Origin: Blasia pusilla
Taxonomy: Eukaryota
Assembly: GCA_050084515.1 (NCBI GenBank)
Contig: CM114271.1
Location: forward strand, 24,924,001 to 24,988,000
Reading direction: 5' to 3'
DNA: 64,000 nt
Shown here: positions 55,373-64,000 of the stretch, piece after piece
Position numbering within the stretch: position 1 is the stretch's first letter
Layout of the letters: each line of letters begins with the position of its first letter
Position numbers and translations under genes: made by a program
The notes under the pieces: model-generated
Seen by the model: only the letters and a program-made list of their open reading frames with translations
Told to the model about the DNA's origin: nothing
Database searches by the model: none

Positions 55373-57929
55373 AAAGCAAGAAGCAACGATGGAGGGGATC
55401 CAAACACAGGAAGTCCAACGACAACCCTCCAATCACAAATGGAAGTACAAAACGGAAATCAAGGTAACACAATCCACCAAACGTGGCACCCTCTAAATCC
55501 ACAGAACCAACCACACAATTCTAACGCAATAGTTACTCCGCCGGTGGTCGATGACGTGCTAGTCGCACTCGCAGCACCTGAAAATGTCACCTGCATGGAG
55601 AGGCCACACCGTACTCTGCGCTAGAGGTCCATCAAACGAAAACCCGAGATGCATAAAAGCGCCTGACGCATCTCCAAATAACACCAAATGAGCTACACCA
55701 GTGTGTACAATGGCATAGTTAAGTACTTAGCAATTAAGCATCTTCCAGGCAGAATAGCTCAAAGATGGGTGACCAATTATGCAACACTCAACTCACAAAT
55801 CGTGCAAAAACTGCCTCACGTCCAAGCAAGCAAGCTTGCTTGCTTGCTCCTTAATCCTTACTCCGCCTCTCACGCCCACTCGCCCCGAGCTACCACGAGT
55901 TGCCTAGAAGCCTTGAAACACCAAGAAATGCCCCTATCGCCACGCTTCACTATGCTTCGCTATGGAGAGAGGCCCAACCAGGGCGCCCCTAGCGGGATAG
56001 GTGTCTCCAACAACGGACGAGTCACCAAACGCCGAGAAATTCTCGAGACATGCCCCTATCATCCCGTTCGCTATGCTTCGCTATGCTTTGCTATGGAGAG
56101 AGGCCCAACCAGGGCGCCCCCAGCGGGATAGGCCTCTCTAACAATGGACAACTCACCCTTCGATGTGCTGTCCACCATAGCCAGACCTTGAGCTAGTCCG
56201 CAAAATTTCAACCAACGATTTCTCCACAAATCCTCAACCAAAATTGAATTTTTTCCAACCAAAATTCAATTGGCCACCATAGCTACCTCTACACAAAAAA
56301 TCAGCTACAACCGAGCTTTTTACTCTGAGCTAAAAATCAGACAAACTTGTTGTCCATACACTTCAAGAATCGCAAATCCGACAGCGCTTCCGCCCAGATT
56401 CATGCACACAGAAATCTGCAACACTCTTTCACCATAGCAGCAATCCGCTCCACACACTCAAGCAGATAGCTTCACATGAGATCATAGTAGAGGTAGCAAT
56501 AGGAACCTCCAACCTACAGAGCTTCCACACTCCAAGCTCTCCACATCAGAAAACCGTCCAACACGAACCACAATCTTCAATCTTTGATAACTTCCAACTC
56601 CCTTGACAAAATCCACCGATCTAAAGTACATTGGAAAGCTCTCAAAAAGGTGCTTCTTTCCCAACTAATCATGCACCAAATCCACACCTCTAACATAGGC
56701 CATAAGCCACGAACATCCATGGATGAATACACAATCAGTCTAACCACATCCTACTCATCTATGATCGAAGCTACCATCGATCTACTCCAATTCTTTGAGT
56801 GAAATCCGTGAAAGACCTATTGTCATAAAACACATATAGAATCACATAAAATCGAGCCAAACCCACTCCACGATGGGAGAATCCAGGTCGAAGCTTGCGG
56901 GAACCACCATAGCCAAGAGCTCTACTCACTACCAAGGCTAACTCCCAACGCAACAGGCTCAACTCAAAGAAATAATTGTTCTTTGAGTACACTCCACACT
57001 ATATCCTCCAACCTAAGGGCGGGCCCTACTGGAAAAGTCACCCTCAACGGAGTAACCCCCAATCCTATGTATGAAACCGCATCCCTACCTAGACACTACG
57101 GCCCTACATAAGGTATGGCCTCTACTAGCACACTATACTCTACGACATAATCCGTATGGTCATGACAATGACCCGTTATGTCATACCATCTCATGGAAAA
57201 TTTTACGTATATGCCCATTTCCTGAATGGAAATCAAAATACATCCCAAAATGTGTACATGACACCTGCATATATTCGCGTGATGTACTAAATTTTGAGCC
57301 GCTTTACCTTCAATTTCTTTCCATAGTTGATTCTAGATTAGGTATAGAGACAAAATAAAATGGGTTTCATAGTGGTTTTTTCCTGGTTGACTCACTTATT
57401 GATTGCCCCCTTATTGGCTGGAATGTCTCATTGCCACTTTCAACAGACCCTAATTTCCTTTACAGAAAAATAAGGAGTGTTTTACTAGTGAATCTCAGGG
57501 TTAATCAATTGTACTCTCAGTACGTTCCCTTGATAGAGCTTCCTAATCCAACCTGTGGTCTTATTATTATGCCTTCGTCCTCTTTTAAATCCATTCTAAG
57601 GGCGTCATGAGACAAGGGTCAGGTCACGCACAGTATGAATATTGATCCGTAGACTATAGAGCTTAATGTTCTGCAAGATGTTCCATATACACTTCTAGTA
57701 AAAAAAAGGCATTCCTTTGATATTTTCCACATGGCAGTATATTCCTAAGGGAGCAAGCCCACACTAGAGAACAATTTTTTAGTGACAATAATGGCATATC
57801 ACCGGATACCAAGCTCACTATTGAGACTGGAAAATTCCCATTTCTCTTCCCGTATCTTCGAGGTTTTTTTACGGGGCACTATTCTTTTGCCGACTACCTT
57901 CGCAATCAGACAAGACTACTGTTCAACGT

Positions 57930-58046
57930 GTTCATATTATATAAACCCTACCTTCTTATTATGCACCAGCTTCGGCAGTCCATTGGAGGTTCACATTATA
58001 TAAACCCTACCTTCTTATTATGCACCAGCTTCGGCAGTCCATTGGA
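57930..58046 (+). repeat. 59-bp tandem duplication inside Helitron-2 Rep
   Basis: GTTCA(T/C)ATTATATAAACCCTACC...GTCCATTGGA occurs twice in tandem. Confidence 0.9.
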
Positions 58047-58260
58047 TTAGCATCCACAACCCGTTCTTGTGCTTTGAATAGAGAACTTGATGAACTTAAG
58101 CGCATATATCCAGCTCTTGCCATGCACAAACTTTATTCTCACTTATCCAAGTATACCATTAGTGCACAGATTCCTGGCAGCCCAAGTTGGCACAGGAAAC
58201 ATTTGAGAGACCTTAAGACTATGGTTAAAAAATGGGGCATGCCTGATTTTTTTAACACTT

Positions 58261-58734
58261 TGTCATGACCATACGGATTATGTCGTAGAGTATGGTGTGC
58301 TGGTAGAGGCCATTCCTTATATAGGACCGTAGTGGCTTGGTAGAGATGTGGTTCCATACATAGGGTTGGGGGTTACTCACTTGGGGGTGACTTTCCTAGT
58401 AGGGTCCGCTCTTAGGTTGGAGGATATAAGGTGGCTTGCCCTCAAAGAACAGTCAGTTCTTTGAGTTGAGCCTGTTGCGTTGGGAGTTAGCCTTGGTAGT
58501 GAGTAGAGCTCTTGGCTATGGTGTTTCCCGCAAGCTTCAACCTAGATTCTCCCATCGTGGAGTGGGTTTGGCTCGATTGTATGTGATTGTAAACGTGTTT
58601 TATGACAGTAGGTCTTTCACGGATTTCAGTTGTGGTACACTTGCGTTTGTGGATACTCTCGTCTATGTTATGTATGTATGTGCGTATGGTATGTCAGCGA
58701 TGTATGTTGTATGACGATGTGGATTCGCACGACA
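58261..58734 (+). mobile_element. Solo terminal unit A (58261-58628) + B (58629-58734) of the DNMT-PHD Gypsy family
   Basis: TGTC...GACA termini with perfect TSD ACTT, inserted in the Rep FLTLT motif of Helitron-2. Confidence 0.95.
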
Positions 58735-61462
58735 ACTTACCTCTGATGAGGTCTCTGGTACCAAATGGCCTGAAATTCTGCTCATTGAGGAGGTGCTAAA
58801 AAGGATAAACCCTGCATTCATATGGTACGACGCACCAGCTGAGTGCACTATACTCTTTCACACTAGGCTTAAGAAATTTCTCCAGGCCTATGTATTAGGT
58901 GGATCTTGCATTCTTGGCACTGTGCACAACTACTTCATCAGGTATAAGCTCCAGGGTAGGGGAAGCCTACAATCCCACATTATCATGTGGGTCGACAAAA
59001 AAGATGTCCGTAGGGTCACCACAGAGATTTGCTGCTATATTCCTCGGCTCAATTGTTCTATAGACGGCAACCATATTCAGTATTCGGCACTTCATAAACT
59101 ACACCACTATGTGACTACTAAACAGATGCACTCTTGTAGCCAGGGCGGTTGTATTGTTGGTGCAACAAGGGACCATGCTCCATATTGTCATATGGGCTTC
59201 CCGTCTGCCACAAATACTGAACTAGATCCATTAATTTATCCAAAATATCTCAAGTGGACCTACTATAGGCCAAGGCATGAGGACTGTAATGTTATTCCAT
59301 ACCACCCCGTTGTTCTACTGCTTTGGGGGGCCCATATGAACTTGCAAAGAGTAACAAATGTACAGTGGTCCTTTTATCTATTGAAATGTGAACCCCAGGG
59401 CGCCCTTAACATTACTATAGAGTGTGCAAAACCTCTTAGAAGGCTTAGATGAGACAAGGTTGCGATTAGTTTCTGGTGTTTTGCTAAACCTCCATGTATC
59501 ATCCACCGAAGCTGCTCTCACCACACTAAGAATCCCAATTATACAAAGGTCTCAAGGGGTACAGTATATAGATTCCAGCCCATCCCATAGACAAACAACA
59601 CTGTATAGGAATGCAACAACAATATGTATACACACAACTACGTTGTATTTCCATAGGCCTCAGTGCTTATCTCAAATGACTTTCATTCAGTTTTGGACTC
59701 ACCATGACCTTGTAAAGCTCAGAACAGGTAATGTAAAAAAATTCGTTGGACTTGATATGATAGGAAACTGGGTGACACAGATAGGCTTGTCCGATTCACT
59801 TAGTACCACCCCTTGCACCAATGGAATGAATTTTTTCATTCCACACTCCTTGATAATATATGTTTTAGAGTTGAGGCTGAAATCTTAACTATATCCTCTC
59901 CTAGTTGGACTTATTTACATGAGTGCATATTCAGAAAAATATTTAAGATAATTTCTTGTGTAGTAGACCAAATACAAAAACATGCAGAAGCTAACCTCTG
60001 GAGTGAGGTACATATAAGTGAAGTAATCTCTAAGACACTTGACATCATAAAGCCAAATCTTCAATTTGACACCCTTCCATAGACATTTTCTAAAAACTCC
60101 GCTACTTCAAATATATCAAACGTGCCGTCTGCTCCTGATATAGACTCACTATTTCCAGTGGAAGTACTCAATGCAAAGCAACTCCGTTTATATGAAAATA
60201 TTAGGTTGCTCTCGTTTGGATTGGTGTTGATAACAGGCCCGCTCGGGTGTGGCCAAACCTATTTTATTCATTTCCTGCAGTCCTATTGGGCAAAGAAGGG
60301 TATCCCTACACTATTCTCAGCCACCACTCGTATTGCGGCCATTAGACTGCATTCCACAACAGTAATTGTCCACTCAACATTTGGCATACCGCTCACAGGT
60401 GATTTTCCCTCCATGCATTCAGCTTCAGACTAGTATATTCGCATTAAGAATGCTGGAGTTGTCGTTATCGATGAGTGCTCGATGCTGACAACCAAATTGC
60501 TACAGATAATTGCTATGCGCTTACACCAAGTATGCCCATCCTCCACCGATGCTTTCTCCACCAAGCTTGTAATAATATTAGGTGATCTATGTCAACTCCC
60601 CCTTGTTTGCAAGCATAAAGAGAAGCCATTTTGCACATTGTGTTATATCTCTTCTTCTCCATTCTATTCAACAGCCATTAGATATGAATTGACCACACCA
60701 ATGAGACACGCAAATGATCCAGACTTTCTGAAGTTTCTATCAGATATCAAGACTACTTGTCCACTGCAAACACACATAAGCCAGTGTCTTCACACTTGTT
60801 ACATTGATTAGGACAGAGCGCTAGATTTTATTGATGAAGACACCTAGATTATATGCACGCATCGTGTCGATGTTCAAGTATTCAACCTCATCACACTAAG
60901 GAGACTATTTGGCGTAGTTGAGATAATCCAGGTTAACATATCTATAGATGCCCTACCTGACCCCCAATTTACCAAATGGATATCTGATCAGACATTCCAT
61001 CAATTAGACTTCCTTGCTATAGGTTGTAGGGTTCTTCTCACTTCTAATGTGGACATAGGCATTCATGCAGCAAACGGTGCATCTGCAACTGTTGTTGATT
61101 ATATCTACAAGAATGACGAGTTGACATTTATTCTAGTTCGTCTACAATTGAACGATGCACTATTGAGAATAAGTAGAACAAACTTTGTACATTCAGACAT
61201 GGTCCAGATGAAAAATACCACAAAAGGACGTTTCCCCTTGTTCTAGGTAATGCAATGACGGTCCACAAAATCCAGGGTCTCACTGTTGCGGAAAAATGCG
61301 TCCTACACGATAGATCAACTTTTGCTCCCGGTCTTGTATATGTAATGTTGTCACGTGTCAAGTGTAGATCAACACTACAAATTCTTGGAAACCTTGTCCC
61401 TGGAAATTTCTCAGTGTTTGGCAAGGACCCTTGATTTAGCTCACACTACCAAGTTTCACACA

Positions 61463-62510
61463 ATGGCAAGCAACGAAGGAAGTTTCAGAGGTCGAGGCCA
61501 AAGATCGACAGCAATTTCAAGTCCACCAATGGTCCCAGACGTCCCCACACCTCTGTTTGGTGCTCCCAGCCAATTATCTTAAGCGACAGTGGCTCTTACA
61601 ACTATAATAAGCCTGCAGCACCTCCACACACCAAGTTTCAGCATGACAACAGCCAACAAGACACTCATGTTTGTAGTTGATGATTTAGGGTCACCTCTCG
61701 TCTTATTTTTCTGCAACCATCTACTAACCTTTATGCTCAAGTGCCAAGATCCTACATTGATTTTGCAAAAATGATCCTCGAAGACATGGCTAGCCTTCTC
61801 GATGAACCAGCTGTTCAGTTTGTTCCGCCCACAGACGCTCAACTTAGATATGCAAACAGCCTAGGTGTGGATCACTCCCATTTGTACGACGGCATTGCTA
61901 GCCGCCAACTCAGCAAGATAATCGATCAGCGAAGGAACTGGGCAGCTTCGTTTCATGAGTTGAGAAAGCAGCCACTAGCAACTGGTACACGCACCACCTT
62001 TCTTTCAATTCATGTTTTTTTCCTTTTTCAATATCAATGCCAATATATTTCACATTCTAATATGCTTTTTATTTTGACATCTATGTCACGAATCCAAAAA
62101 GAAGTTATGGAGTACAAGAATGTTCACTTAAACGAGCCAGACCTCACCCGATAACAAGCTGCTATCCATTATTCTAGATTGACAGGTGGTATTAAGCCTG
62201 ATCAATTTAAGGAGCTACGCATGATAATGAAACTACCAATCAGCATGTTGATAAATGTGTCAGCTCCAAAAGCCGCACATTTGCAGGAACGCATGAAGAT
62301 CGCCAAAGAAGCTGGTACACTTGTTACTGAACCAGCAGATGGTGGTAGCATTTCTAACAGCTACTCAGACACACCAAGTTCTAGCCAAAATCTGTTACCG
62401 ACACCACGATTCCAAGGTTCTTGGGTGTACAGCGACACAACACCCTACTAGGGACTGTTGCTGCCCGAGTCGCCGAACAAAAGGAAATATGTTTGATCAT
62501 GGTAACTGAC
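61463..62510 (+). pseudogene. Helitron-2 downstream accessory gene of unknown function
   Basis: MASN start just after the helicase. YIDFAKMILED and GGIKPDQFKELRMIMKLPISMLINVSAPKAAHLQERMKIA are homologous to the Helitron-1 accessory gene. Confidence 0.6.
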
Positions 62511-64000
62511 CTATCCTGCTTACGTGTAATAAGTGATTTTGTTTCATTCTAGCTTTATGACAACTCTTTCATGTACACTCTATTTCGTGATCTAATCCGG
62601 CTTTCTGTGTTGATCTTGTATCAGGGAAACTCCATATTGCAATAGCATGACAAAACCACCATAGTGGCTACTACTACCGACTATATACTATGTTATATTT
62701 GCTGCTAGACTTGTGTTTATTCAGCAAAGGGACGTTTCCCTACTCACACTAATCTAAACTTATCAGTTATGCTCTCTATATACACATAGTTACTTTTCGG
62801 ATATTCAAACCATGGCTTATCACTGTCAACTGAGCTATTTTGCAACATATTATTCCAACTGTAACCGCTTTGATGCATCAATTTTTGTTCCCTTTGCATC
62901 ATGTTTTTTTAATTAATATTTTCCTAATGCCATAATGTTTGTCGTCACTACATTATAGGTCTCATTATGTTCAATGATATTCGGGCATTCCCATTCCTGG
63001 ATTTAATGTTTGTTGTTGTATCTTTGATGTTATTTAGTATGTGCAATCTATGTCTCATTTTTCAGTCTCTACTTAGTAGCTTCTTCAGTACCTATACACT
63101 GTTGCATGTAGCTAGCAACTAGCAGCTTAGCAGATTGTATATAGCACATTTAATTAATGAAGACTCTTCTGCTACGTGCAAATGTATTGTAATTCATGTG
63201 GCAGGACGTCTCCTCATATCGTGGAAGTGATCCTTACCACACTCCTGGCTCATGGAAGGTTGCACCACGTAAAAGAAGAAGACAATGTTGTTCACCTAGC
63301 ATAGAGATTGAACTTCCAAAGATGGGAGATCCGACCTACTGCAGTGACACACAGTTCCAATTTCTTTGTTCGATGCAACGCTCACAAACATCAGCATAAT
63401 CCAAGACCGTCTTGATGAAAGTGAATATCAGAATGATATTCTATGCATAGTGATGGGATCAGTGGCTGAAGACAAGAACTTCAGTGTTGAGAAGGCCTTA
63501 TGTTTCTGACAATGAATCAAGGCTATTCTTGATGGCATAATTTCGCTTGAGACTCACTATATACAAAATTATAACCGCGATGTAGATTTTCATAAGCAGC
63601 TTCTGGAAATAGGTCTTCTGACCAAACACAGTGCAGTTCCTGAATAAGTATATCTCAAGTTAAGTTAAAAGCTAACCATCTTGGTTGTTTAAGGTGGAGC
63701 TATTGTTATTTCCATAAAGTAAAATTCCACGGAGCTTACATCTTGGCTTGCATTCAGTATTTCTCGCTATTTATTATCTGCAAGCTCTACTCTCTCATAG
63801 TTGGAATTTCTTTTCTTGCTTAACACTATCTATTCCCACGTCTTCTATTTTGTAAAGTTGGTGACCAGCTAACTCAGTCGCCATTAAAGGAGTGTTGGAA
63901 TTATGTCATCCATGCTGCAATTTTATTTTTAAATGTGAATTCCAGCAAGCATAGAACACATATTTGTATATGTCTTCTTTGTGTTCAGCTTACTTGCTAA

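Larger units (their letters stand above)
47522..57167 (-). mobile_element. DNMT-PHD Gypsy copy C, structure A-internal-B with no terminal duplication
   Basis: Perfect TSD ATGA (47518-47521 and 57168-57171). A 56800-57167 (368 bp), B 47522-47627 (106 bp). Best-preserved DNMT, RT, RH, INT and PHD. Confidence 0.95.
47200..61430 (+). mobile_element. Helitron-2 Rep-helicase, interrupted by copy C (47522-57167) and the solo A-B unit (58261-58734); ends not determined
   Basis: MKCCG*CG and YPPYALCNAFM|TRYVIP rejoin across copy C; YKLQGRGSLQSHIIMW, ITGPLGCGQT, VIDECSML, GDLCQLP, MTVHKIQG, YVMLSRV. Confidence 0.9.

Overview
Eukaryotic, intron-containing plant-like DNA, probably a non-flowering land plant or streptophyte (inference). 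The left 3.4 kb holds six exons of a purple acid phosphatase (PAP15/phytase-like) gene on the minus strand. The rest is a nest of decayed transposons: two Helitron Rep-helicase elements, a solo LTR of a second family, and one unusual Ty3/Gypsy-type family present as three long copies (9937-18373 +, 30675-40391 -, 47522-57167 -), a solo terminal unit (58261-58734) and an older diverged relative (about 26633-30670). This family is the main result. (1) Its polyprotein runs Gag - protease - DNMT3-like C5 cytosine methyltransferase - RT - RNaseH - DDE integrase - PHD finger. (2) It has a Tf1-like self-priming PBS instead of a tRNA PBS. (3) Its ends are not ordinary LTRs: they are A(368 bp)-internal-PPT-B(106 bp)-A-B, or A-internal-B, with 4-bp TSDs. 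That layout is what would result if a circularised cDNA were opened by integrase at an internal GACA-nn-TGTC junction. All copies here are pseudogenised. Domain boundaries and Helitron ends are approximate, and the mechanism is inferred from sequence only.
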